Positions 25,984 through 39,181 of a DNA stretch of 64,000 bases are shown here, in pieces; positions within the stretch are counted from its first letter, which is position 1, and each line of letters begins with the position of its first letter. The stretch is from assembly GCF_026571515.1 (NCBI RefSeq), contig NW_026858416.1:62001-126000 (forward strand), read 5' to 3'. The notes under the pieces were generated by a model. The model worked only from the letters and a program-made list of their open reading frames with translations. It was not told the DNA's origin and made no database searches. The position numbers and the translations under genes are program-made. The DNA comes from Ruditapes philippinarum (Eukaryota).

Positions 25984-28900
25984 TAAATTAAATATGCACA
26001 TGCATTTTGAAGTACTGTTTGTTCTAAAACTTATGCTGATGTTTAAACGTTACAAATGGCATGTACAATGTAAACAAAACATCATCATCACTAAATGAAT
26101 CTTGAAAATGCACATTTTAATGTGTCTTTTCCTGCTAATGTTATAAGAATTGTCAGGCATTTGAAAAGCAGCGTTAACTGTTCTGGCTCTTTGATAAAGG
26201 TGGACAAGTACAAATTTATAGTTTCCTATCGTAATTTTGTTCTATTATCAGCTAAATAGCAAAAACTTGTCGATCGTAATAAAATAATTCATTGTTGGAA
26301 AAATAACAATAAATATTTCATAAATGTACCGTATAAATATTTAATGAAGATTTATTATATTTAATGTGCGTGTTAACTATAAGAAGTTATAATATTTATA
26401 TGTGACATTTAATTTTTGTAATGATAATATGGAAGAGAATAGTAAGTTAACGACCATAATAAATTTGAATTAAAAAAGACTAATATAACCAATGCAGATC
26501 AAATTTTGGTATAGTTTGATGAAATAATCCAAAGGCCAAGAGACAAGCCTTGTATCCTTCTTTATCGTCCAATGAGGAGCTTAAAATTGAAAAAAATTCT
26601 AGCAGCCTATTTCGCACTACTGTCTTCAATAACGTTTAATTTAAACGTTTCGCCTACCTGAAACCCGAAGTGGATAAAAAGAAATGTAGGTCAGCTACTA
26701 ATATGCTAGTCAGACGCCAAAAGCACTAAGTCTTATAAACACATGCAGTCGTTTCCACATATAGTCGATTCCAAAAAGTTCCTTTGAATCTTTGATTTTT
26801 TGTTTGTTTATTTGTTGTCTGTTTATTTTTTATCTCTTTTTTATCTTATTATCGACATACTTTTACTTATAAGGCTATTGCAGATATTAAGAGATTTGTA
26901 TCTACCATATATCATTATTACGACATTTTGTCTCAATATTACATTTAGCCTCATTTAGGAGTATTGACATATTCATTAATTGTGAATTATTCCAAACATG
27001 TTTGCTTTGGTGCGTTTGCTGTTAAATTTTAAGTGGTATTCAGTGTAAAGATAACAGGTAAAGCAAGAATAAAATATTGTTTTTTGTAAGCGTTTTCCAA
27101 TAATAAGTTTGTCAAGAGCTGTTAGAGAAACTATTAAAAACATTTTTGTTTTAAATAACGAAGTTCAATAGTTCTTACGACAAGAGACTCGCATTGATTT
27201 TACTGTTGTTGTTAACTTAACTGTTGAGATAGATGGGTTATTGTTCTATTTATTCTGCATTGCTCTTCTATCTAAGGAGATTTTTGTGCATCGTTGTAAA
27301 GAGCTGATTATTCTTCATCTGGTTTCGTATCTCTCCAACTATACAATTTATATCTAATGTCCTACTTTATGCTCCGTTTTTGATATGTTTAATAAAATAC
27401 TTCAGTACGAAAATAAACATTTCAAGTGTTTTATTGATAATGTATTGTCTTGCGAAACGGAGATGTTTTATTAATTGGTTGCACTATCTCCAAACATAAC
27501 TGTCATGATTTTATCTTCCTATCAATGTGAAATATTATACCGTTATCATGTGCAAGCAAATTGATACTTCAAGCTCTTATTGATAATGGTTTTGATGAAT
27601 TGTTAAAATTTCGTATTTTCTTATACTGCTTCGAAAACTGATTGTTATCGCTATAAAAAGATAAAACTTTCAAATGAAACATGATTTCTAGCCAGGTCAT
27701 CACAACCTCATCTATTATTACGTATACACAACCAAATTTCATTGAAAGGATTGTCAGAGGTGAAACCCAATCTTTCATTTATGTTAAGCAGTTATGCGTT
27801 TAGCTTATAAAATGTATAGATCCTATTTTGACTGCACTTTCTATTTTTATTTTAAGCCACTATATGAGCTGTGAAATAAATTAATTTTGAAGTATTATTC
27901 TTTTTTGAAAAAAAGGAAACGTTTGAAATACGTTCTCATTTACATTAAAATATAAAGGATATTAAAGTTTTTTTCTATAAATACAGGATTTATTTTCATC
28001 GAGTGGTATTCAAATAAATATTTCATGATTGGCAGTAGCCCCGAGTGGAATATGATAATTTTCATACCACAAGATGAAAATAAATCCTGCATTTATAGAA
28101 AAAATTAGAATTTTCTGCTTATTATATACATTGTTTGTTGTTGTTGTTTTATTTTGTTTTTTACGTACAATTTGAAAGACCCCCCCCCCCCTCTTAAATT
28201 GTATGTTTTGGCTGAATTTAGAAAATAAAACATTATGATTAGACATTTATACACCGTTTATTTCAGACATATCCATTGTTATTACCCATTCAAAATGGAA
28301 AATCTCTTTAACTGCAAACATTATCTACAACAATTAGGCAATGTATACACATACATTTGTATAAGCTGCTGCAGTGATTTAATATCAATCTTAAAGCGGC
28401 TAACACAGCGTGATGTCAAGTAAAAAAATTTTTAGAAATAATTTAAAAGAAGAAATAACATGCGAAAGGTAATGCTTTAAATATAAAAAAGTTAAATTTA
28501 TGGTATTCATCGGAAAAGATAAGTAAATAAATAATATTAGGTTGCAACCTTTTAATTGTTCAATCAAGCAAACAAATATATTTTCTCTTTGAGTAATGAC
28601 TGGAAATTTCGGAACATCAGATATATAAATAGGTAACCAAATGCCCTTCTTTGAAATATGTACGTCACATTGTTTTAAACAGAAGATGTAAATTAGTATA
28701 CGGCAAACTTGATTCACAAATGTGCTTGAAACTATCCATAACGTGATAGTATGACTATGACCAGCTGTAACTTTTAAACCAACATCAGCATTAGTTGATG
28801 GATCAATCTCATTTGTGAGTTACACAATTCGGGAATGCTGTATCATGGGATACTATGTGTAGACAAATGCTTCTAAGCTTAGACTTTTAAATGCACAATA

Positions 28901-29084
28901 AAATCTTATAGTAATATTAATAATAATAAATCATGGTCTTACTTGACTATCGTCTTTAACTAAATGGCCCTGAATCTTTTCTTACAATTTTTAAGATATT
29001 AATAGCTTAGTGCTTGATAGTCAGTAGGACAGCAACGCTCAACTATTCTTAAGTAGTGCTTGACAGGAAAAAAGCCTTGATAAT

Positions 29085-30005
29085 GTAAAATTTTCTAAGT
29101 TAACAAAAGGGCATTTTTCCCTTTAAAACCATGTTACAGTTAGGCCTTGAAGAAAGTCCACTTACGCTCTCAAAAAAGGGTAAAAAATTTCAACTTGTTT
29201 CAATGCCAGATGTCAATAGAATATGAAAATATCTGAGGTGGTATACAAACTTAAATGTAAATTCTAAGTCAAACAATGGGCATAAATAAAGTCTGTCAAA
29301 ATGCTTGATACAGTTACCTCCTCCTGTCTACAGGTTAGGGTCATAATAATGAAAAAGTGTGCAAATTTTATTTTCAAAGCCATAAGTCAATGGACTTTGA
29401 AAATATTTGAGGTATTACAAAAACTTTAACGTAATTTCCAAGTCGAGAAAGGGGCATACTTCTGTCATAATTCTGTCAAAATGCTTGATAGAGTTACCTC
29501 CTTCTATCTAAAGGTTGGGGTTATGACGGTGAACATGTGTGCTAAGTTTCAAGGCCATATGACAATGGACTTTGAAAATATTTGAGGTATTACAAAAACT
29601 TTAATGTAAATTCTAAGTTGAAAAGGAGGCATACTTCTGTCAAAATGTTTGATAGAGTTACCTCCTCCAGGCTACAGGTTGGGGTCATGATGTTGAACAA
29701 GTGTGCAAAGTTTCAAAGCCATATGTCAAAGGACTTTGAAAATATTTGAGGTATTACAAAAACTTTTATGTAAATTCTAAGTCAAAAAAGGGGCATAATT
29801 CTGTCAAAATGCTTGATACAGTTACCTCCTCCTGTCTACAGGTTGGGGTCATGATGGTGAACAAGTGTGAAATGTTTCACAGTCATATGTCCATTGACTT
29901 ATATTTGAGGTATTACAAAAAACTTTAACATAAGTGGTTACGCCGACGCCAACGCTCTGTGACTACAATAGCTCTACTTATTCATATCGAGTAGTCGAGC
30001 TAAAA
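29085..30005. repeat. Five ~165-175 bp tandem units ending in a GACGCC microsatellite and AGCTC...GAGCT hairpin (Helentron/HINE-like element)
   Basis: Unit starts aattctaagtcaaaaaaggggcataattctgtcaaaatgcttga at ~29089, 29260, 29433, 29609 and 29773. Terminus: acgccgacgccaacgc...atagctc...gtcgagctaaaa. Confidence 0.8.
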
Positions 30006-31336
30006 GTTATGACGGGCTTAGTAATGGATACAAAAATGAAACGCTCGATGAATGTGACCGGAAACTTTGTGTCAACCTATTCTCACTTTATTCAAAATAT
30101 TCTTTTTCTATTTTCTTCTTCTGTGACGAAACAGATTCTAGAAAATAAACAAAAAGGATATGTATGAAAGAATAAGTTTTAGTTTATTACTTAGGCGTTA
30201 CTTTTGTGGTAAACCATTTAAGTTAAGGTGATGTCATTTGGTTTCAATTAGAAGATATTTGGTCCCTCACATAAATCAATTTAATGTATACAAGATTGGA
30301 ATCTAATTGCACAATTATATTGATTTTATACAAAAAGGTCGTCAGGAGGCATTCACTTTTCAATACACACAATCATATTTGAAAATATTCCTTTTAAAAA
30401 CTGCTCTTTTTTGCTCACATGGTCCTCGCGTGACATCAGACAAATTTGATAAATGAAAAGAACAACCTAATGATAGCACAGGGTCATTTTCCTATATATA
30501 CATGAGTATATAAAGGAATCATAAGATTATCTTGGATATAGGCTGGTCAGATTTTGATAAAGTTAGTTCAGTGGAGTCCCTTGAACTTGTGGTGTTTTGT
30601 TTCTCTAGATATATAGACATTAAGAAGAAACATCTTTGAAAAGTTCTTACAATTTCTTGTTAGCGATACAAGGTCATCATGGATCCTTTATGCCGTTGTT
30701 TTTGTTGTCGTTGTTGATTACTGTTGTTTTGTTTGTATGATAATACTTTGTAAAGCAAACACCGCCATTATGTTACATATTCAATTTGAATTGAAGGTCA
30801 TTTGTAAATATTTAGAGAGTTGAAAATACGTAGAATTAAGAAATAGCGAATTAAACGTTAATAGCATTGATATCTTCTTTTGTAAAATAATCGTTGATTA
30901 TTCAACCGTTTGTATGAATAAAAAGATTATTTTGATATATGTATAAAGCACTGTTAATGAAAAATTCTAGTATCTAATGTATATCGTAGAACTTCTTTGA
31001 AAACGAAAATCAAAGAGATAAAACATAAAAATGTTTAACTGCGCTACGTAAAAATTAACCTTCAATTAATTTCAATATATTGAAACAGCTGATAGATTAA
31101 CGATAACGCTTTAAAATCGATTGGTTTTCCAGATCAATAAAAACTCCGTCGTTGTATACTATATTAATACATTATTGCGATTTTTATGCATGCATGGATT
31201 GTTCTTTATACTAAACCGGAAGCTATTAAACTTCCTTGTCCTATCAGTGTAACCTAATATTTCTTTGTAAACATTGAAACGTAGTTAACGTTTATACATA
31301 GCTGTTATGGATATGAATAGACCCTAAAAGAAAAAA

Positions 31337-33072
31337 ATGGCAACATATAAGCATGATCCAAATACTGAAGATGTATTAGATTCAAGTGAAGATGAGGAGG
31401 ACAATTCAAGTCGGTTTGCTTCAGTTCGCGGACATATGTCTTCAGTGCGTTCAAATGAAAGAAGCAGAGCGTCAATTTCAAGTTTCTTCACTGTCAAAGG
31501 TTCTAATGATAAAGAAAGCAATGTTTACAGTGAAATAGAAGATGCTGATGTTATTGACAAAACAGATCACCAGCCTTTCACTGGTCACGTAAATAGAACG
31601 GAGGTGGATATAATTAAAGAGAAAAATGAAAAACTATGTTTTAAATGCAAAACAGCAGAGGCAATCCATTTCTGCAGAACCTGCAGATACGGACGTCAAT
31701 ATATGTGTTATGATTGTCTTCAAGGTCACGACGATTGGATTGATGGCCATGATGTTGTCATATTATCGGTGGATATTGAAGGGTATGTTTTGTTGATTTA
31801 AGTATCATTTCATGACTGATATTCTGTAAAGATTGTTTACTTTATTCTCTTATGTCAAGGATATCCATGGTGTTTTGCAATCCTTTATTTCATCATTGCC
31901 TCACGCTGTTTTGGGTATGAATGTATTTCACAATTTTTATTAAACACTAGTCACTGATAATTCATTTTTACGCACATTTATCTTCAGTTTTCTTGTAGTA
32001 CGATTACTTCTATAACGGTTTCAACTCTTTTTTTCAGAAATTTGGACCAACAGCCCGAAGACTTAAATAAATTAGGAATGAGCAAAGAAGCAAACTTCAA
32101 CCGTCTTAAAACATCAAAAATCTCTCGACAACCTTTAAATGTTGACAGTGATGAACAAGATGATGAGAACGAAGGACAGAATACTGAAAATGAAATGCCT
32201 CCCTATAAAGAGGGTCAAGCTATCAGCAAGAGATTTTACAAGGACGAGTTATATCCAAGCATAGCACACGAGCTCAGAACAAAGCAGCGTTGTAGAACTG
32301 ACGGTCAACTTCAAAAGTACGGAATGTACTCGATACGAGTTCTGATACAAAGACATGTGCTATTACAGGGATAGTTCAGCTAGAGAATGAAAAGATGTTA
32401 CTAGCTGACTCTGAAAACTGTAATCTTAAAATTCTGAATGAAGAAACTTTTAAGATTATTGTTTCTCGTGAACTACCTAGTAATCCATACTTAATGTCCT
32501 TCGCTAAAGAAAACAAGGTTATCATCGCATGTATAAACTCCGAGTTTTACTTAGTCGATTTCGCGGACGACAAAGACATTCAGAAATTGTTTGAAATCAA
32601 ACATTTGTTTAAATGTATTGCTTTTGCTAGAGATGAAGTATGGGGATGCACTTCTGACACAATTGAGGTATATAGCGTTACAGGCGCAGAAATCACAAAG
32701 TTTAAACCAACAGGTGTTACCAATATTGAGGACATGTGTGTAAGCAAAGAAGGAGACATTATTTATTGTGCTGACGAGAAGAAAGGTATAGTTGCTATTA
32801 ACAAACATGGAACTGTTGTAGATATCATATCGGAAAATTTATGTAAACCTCATCGAGTGTGTCTTAGTCCAGAAGGCTACATTTTTGTGACCGAGAAAAA
32901 TACTGACAGAGTAATGAAAGTGGATATACAGCGAAAGGATGCGATACAAATTGGACGAGAAGATGTGTATACAAACAACAGCCCTATTTCTTTGTGTCAT
33001 GAGAAGACAAACAATAGACTTATAGTTGCTTTGTGGCAAAGTGACAAAATTCATGTTTATACTTGCCCATGA
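31337..33072 (+). pseudogene. Paralogue B: exons 31337-31782 (intact) and 32038-33072 (4-bp deletion)
   Basis: Donor GAAGG|GTATGT and acceptor TTTCAG|AAATTTG join in frame. TCGATACGAGTTCT at ~32335 versus TCGATACGAACGAGTTCT in C and D is a frameshift just before the propeller. Confidence 0.8.
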
Positions 33073-34640
33073 TATATTTGAAGGATTGACAGTATAGACA
33101 ATATCTAAAGATATAAAATATATTTAAATATAATAACAAAAGCTAACACTTCCTTGTTTATTTCTATATGTTTAAAAGTATTTGAGGCGAAAGAAGTATT
33201 TTAGATAATCCAAGATTGGAAACTTAATGTATATTTAACATTGATTGTTTAATATATAATTCACTTGCTTTTTGTGACTTCACATTATAAGAGTTTGAGA
33301 AAAAATATTTGTAAAATGTAAAAATGTCGATTAATATGTAATATGCAGTACAAAATTCTTTTAAGCTCCTTCTCGATGTTTTTAGTTCAGCAAGTACTAT
33401 TTAATCTGTTTAAATTTAGCTAATACATGTATCTGTTTTTAAAGTGTAACGAATTAACGAGTCAACAAAGACTACTTTGGAATGTATTCAGACTTTATTG
33501 AGGTTCAATGTGTTATCAAACTACCATTCTGTTAATCATGTGTCTGTTTAACATTTCGTAAAGAAGATATAACAGTCATTGTAACCTGATGTATAATTGA
33601 TAAAGTTTATCATATTTGTTTGCTGTTTTGATCAATATCATACAAGTTGATTGATTGAAGATATATCTAAGGTCGTTTTAAATGTATAACACTGACAATT
33701 TACTGGCAATATATATGTTTTATGGTGAATCGAAATTACCTTCAAAACATGCTGTTTAGACAATTCTGATATATTTTGTTTGAGTTAAGACTCGTTTTTT
33801 TTCTGAATAAATCTAATCGACTGCTTTATATTTTGGAAAGAAAATATATTTAATTTAGGTAACTGAAGTTTAGTCCTTCTTCACTAGCCTTGATATTACT
33901 GGTACAAATTAATGTTTGTTGTTGGTATAAATTAAGTATCTAATGAAATAAAAGAAATTGAAACGCTTTTACATCTTGTGGATGAGTACATTAACTAAAG
34001 CAATTAATTATTGCATTGTGAGGCGGAAATTATTTTCTGAAATCAGGTCATAATAGCCGTTCTTAAAATTTGTAAATTAGGGTAAACAAACTATGATACA
34101 TGATTTAGGTAAGTGAACACACGAAGGCGAATGAAATAAATGTCTCAGTGATTTTTGTTAAAACGTGTCCTTACAAATGAAATTGTATTGTGTTAGTATT
34201 TATCATAATCAGAAACTTAAATTTGCGTCATTTTTTCTGCAATTCCTTATTTGTATCATAATTATAAAGAAAGATAATTGATAATTTTATATTGCAGTTT
34301 CTGAAACTCAGTTACTTTGCTGATGATTGATGTCTTTTTTCTGTTTGTTGTTGATGTTTTATTTTTTCCCAACGCAGTTCGATCTTTTAGCCCTTTGTCT
34401 GCATCGTTTTTTTGATACCTTTTTTAAATAATAAGAATAACATTCAGAATTACTTGAGATATATCACATCCATTCTCTTTAAAATTCATTGCTTATTTGT
34501 TGTGGAATTATCTTCATTATGTTCTGTTACATATACATGTATGTTCTTATAACACGTCTTTATATGTGCAAAGATATCATATAAAATATGGTTTTATCAA
34601 TGTGTTGTACGCTAATGAACCAATAATGAATAAATATTAA

Positions 34641-34936
34641 GATACTCCACTGAGGTTTATTAGCCTAAAACATAACATTTTAATTTTTCACATAAATAAA
34701 CATGAGCACTTTAAACAGAAATATAAATAAAATATAACAGATATACATGAAATACATTGAAAATTGTATGTTTGTGCTTTTTTATTCTTTTTTAGTAATT
34801 ATTCTAGAAAAACGGAGCGAGCTAATGATCTGAAATTTTGCACATAAGTTATTAGTATAGATCGACATCAAATGAAGTAATAATCTCAAAAAATATTTCC
34901 AGTCCCGTCATGTCAAAAAACCTCAGTGAAGTCCCT
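34641..34936. mobile_element. MITE with TTAA target site and TIRs, absent from duplicate C
   Basis: TTAA GATACTCCACTGAGGTTT ... AAACCTCAGTGAAGTCCCT TTAA. The homologous site at ~42970 lacks it. Confidence 0.75.
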
Positions 34937-37900
34937 TTAAGATTAAAACAACATTTTGAAAAGCAATTATAATTACTGGTTCTCCGCGTTACATCGTAAA
35001 GAGGAGAACCATTGTCTAGCTGTAAGGGATTACATCAACCGGTTTTGAAGGCTTGAATGTATTCAAGCATACAATCATGTGCATTTTATACACGGGGATA
35101 TATACCCGCGGCAGAGTAGGAAAATCAGTTCTAGCGATATTTCTCTAACGAGATCACCAGCATTCAAATTCAATATTTATAATGTTATAAGATTATGTTA
35201 AAGACATAATTAAGCAAACTGTTTTATAAGGAAAAAATTACAAAGTTAGTAAAATAAATTATTGAATGTATAGTTTTATTTCAAGTTTGGATATTTTGAA
35301 CAGAACTTGCAATTTTGATTAAGGAAAATATAATGATATGTTTATATTTGATATATATGTTAGAATGTCTGAGCACGGTCCGTTGTTCAATATTCCGAGG
35401 AATAGTCTGAGGAGGATCACTTTTGTGTTTCCTCAATGCATGCCCACGGATTCTACGGTTCCTCTTACATTTAAAAGGGGGTTTACGCAGGCGGCAAGTA
35501 TTCCTGAGACGAATATACGATCGAACCTATTAAGTTTTGTTTATTTTACATTTTTTTCATAAAATGTCTTGGACATAGTACAACAGTTTTGATCGTGATA
35601 TGCTTTATACATATGTATTTCTCATTGTGATATATCCTCCTGTTTTAACAATCTCGTAATAAAATAACCTCACTACTATGCACAACATAGTTGTTTGTTT
35701 ATTGAAAGTTAGAGTAAGACCGTAAATTTGAAAAAGTTATTACAAATTTATATTAATATGATGAATGTACGAGTATTTGTCTTTTTAAAGAAAGTTTTGT
35801 ACTCAGTCTGGATAAGTTCTAGCAATTTATTACATCATATTGTCAATATACATGTACAATATATGCGGTTAAATTAGCATTACCGTTTTAAATAAATAGT
35901 TGCAAAAGGCTTAAATGGAAGGTTTAAGAATAAGATATTTTTCAAAACTTTAAATAATGTGTATGCTTATTCCAGTTCCTCTCCAGTTTTCTCCGCTTTG
36001 GTCAATGCATATTGACAATATCGATATAAAATTCATTTCTGTTAATAAAAAATGCAATCGGTCTTTATCATAATTTATGTCATGATCGTAATTCATTGTA
36101 ATTTAATCAAACACTTATTTACGTCATGTTATTCTCATTACTTAACATTGATAACATGATATCATTATTTATAACTTGTTTATCTATGGTTTAGATTGGC
36201 AGGAAGTAATATTGTTTTATTTCATTTAATAAATTTTAGGGAAAACGCTTCTAAATATGTACATGTAGTTTTATCACACACAAACGCATTTCCAAAAACA
36301 TTCAGCTATACAGGACCTCGGAAATAACAAACAGTTTGGCACCAAACAAGTTTAGTAAGGACGTAGGGATTGAAAACAAAACTTTTATCTTTTTAAATAT
36401 CAGAACTTTATCCTTAGCCATAATTAGGTTATTATCAACTGTAAGCTATAATTTGTCAATCTGCAACTTGGCATACTGTAAGTTACTGCTATTTAGATAA
36501 ACAAATTAGAACAATCGTGTACTTCTATTATTTGAATACTGCACAATTAAAAACATGACCTACAAAACTAGCAAACGATACTCCATTTACAATATACTAA
36601 AAAATAGTCATATTAACTATGATAGACATTCAGAGACAAAATTTTTGCACATTTTTATTTGATTGTAATATACAAATACTGTGAACATTCATTCTATTTC
36701 CTTGTCATCTTTTATTTAATCCCATTGCTTTACCTCTAAGTATATTTCATAGTACAATGCAATTTCCGTATTTTACTTTGATCAGTATCTTGTCTAAATG
36801 TTTACTATGTAAAAGGAAATTTAATCATTTTCTTGTAATTTTTTTAATAATCGTTTCTTTTAAATTAAATACAAATTGTACTCAAAACCGGTTCATATTA
36901 TTATTGCTAAATTATCATCATTTTAGATATTCAATTTTTAAAAAACGGTTATCATACAAAATGTCAAGATGTTTTCTGAGAAACTGTTTTAAGTTAAGAT
37001 AGATGGCTATTTCTTGAAACTTTTTTTCTTCAACTTTACACGTGATAAGATTAAACGATATTTTGGAAAATAATTCTGCTTATATGCAGGCCCAGATGTG
37101 TACTTACAGCTTTTTGTTCTTTAACAATGGTATATAGTCGTTGCTTTTTTCTCCAGTTCTTTTCAACTTGTATATGTACATCTGTGCATTTTTGTAATAA
37201 ACTTTTACTTCATTGTGTTTCTTCATTTATTTTTTATTTATTTTTTGCATATACTTGTCTTACTTCATTTCTTTTTATGATTAATAGAATACTTCAATAG
37301 CAAAATAAACATTTCAAGTGTTTTATTGATAATTTATCGTCTTGCAAAACGGAGAAGCTTTATAAATTATCTGCATAGTGTGACATAATCGGAATGATCT
37401 ATTTTCTCGTTATCAGTCTGAAATGTTAAACTGTTGTACTGTTATCATGTACAAGCAAATGTGTACTTCAGACTCTTATTGACAATTTATGTTATTAACA
37501 TTTAAAACTAAATATGGATATTTTCTCATACTTATACCCATCACTCTATAAATAAATAAAGGCCTTGAAAACAACTGAATGCTGTAACTATAAATATATA
37601 ACATTTAAAATGTTGAATAAATTCTATTTCAAGACCAACTCATTTAATTATTACATGAAAAACAGTAATTTAAAAGCGTTTTTAAGACCAAGATTCGGAT
37701 GCTATTGATTTTACAAAAGGAAGCTGTTTTATCATTGCTATTAACTCGAACAGTGAGCATGTCCTTAGAACTAAGTAGAAATAATGTTTTAGTTTTATGA
37801 CCTCATGAATACAATTTAAACTACATAAATAAACAGAAGGTGCTATTGTGACGGACTTAGATCCACGTTCAATAGTCGATATTCGGACATGCGCATTAAA

Positions 37901-39181
37901 TGCGCAATAAAATCTTATAGTAATATTAATTATAATAAGTCATGTTCTTACTTGACTATCGTATTTAACTAAATGCCCCTGAATCTTTTCTTACAAATTA
38001 TAAAATATTACTGAACAGATGTTATAGGTGGTTTCCTATCTAATTTAAGCATTCTATGCCTTTTCTTGCTATTATGCTTGTACTGACTGTTGTTGACTTT
38101 TAAGGAATAACACTATTGTTATTATGATGTTTTTTTTTAATATTAGAAATTATTACAAGCTATGCATTATTTGAGATGAAATAACAATTAGTTAACCTGT
38201 GTCTTTTTTTTATAGCATATACAATGTAACAGAGCCCTAAGGCTCTATTAAAGTAAGTACGTAAGATCTGAAATGCATACTACCTATACAAATACATACA
38301 GCTGATAGATTGTGCGTCTTTAAAAATGTAAAAAGGTTTTTTATGTACAAAATACCATGTTCCCTTATTATCCATGCCAATACAAAATTTCAATTCCGTC
38401 GACGAATGATTTCAAGACATTTTTTTATGATAATAATAAGTAGGTTTCATTAAGATATATCTTATCTTATAGCTAATATTTTCTTTGTTTCCCTACTCTT
38501 TTATCACTTAAGCTTCTTATTTTTATGCTTTAAACATTTATCTTTACGGTTATAATTTGTACTTGAATGTTATCATTTTTACATGAAAACAGAAAGTTAC
38601 CTACCGCCAAAATGTTTAACTAGACTTATTGTTATTATACATCAATATGACGGGCTAAGTTATGGATACAAAAATGAAACGCTCGATGAATGTGTAAATG
38701 TAAAATAATCGTTGATTATTCAACCTTTTGTATGAATAAATAAATTATTTTGATTCAAGTATAAAACGCTGTTAATTTTCTTTGATTAATGAAAATTTCT
38801 AGTTCTTAATGTGAAATCATTCAGATCTGTTGAGATCATTGTGGAACTTCTTTGAAAACGAAAATCAATCAGATAAAAAATGTTCAACAGCAGCGTTACG
38901 CAACAATTAATCTACAATTAATATCAATACATTGAAACTGTTGATAGTTTAACGAAAACACTTTAAAATCGATTGGTTTTTAGATCAATAAAAACTCCGT
39001 CGTTGTATACTATATTAATACAATATCGCGATTTTAATGAATACATATATTGTACTTAAGAGGAAGCTATTAAACTTCCTTGTTCTATCAGTGTAACATA
39101 ACATTTCTTTGTAAACATTGAAACGGAGTTAACGTTTATACATAGCTGTTATGGATATGAATAGACCCTAAAAGAAAAAAA

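Noticed and set aside
32551-33054. Antisense ORFs over family exons (also 40654-40953, 11541-11876, 31324-31521, 54187-54384, 60075-60371)
   Set aside because: Shadows of the coding strand with no independent evidence.
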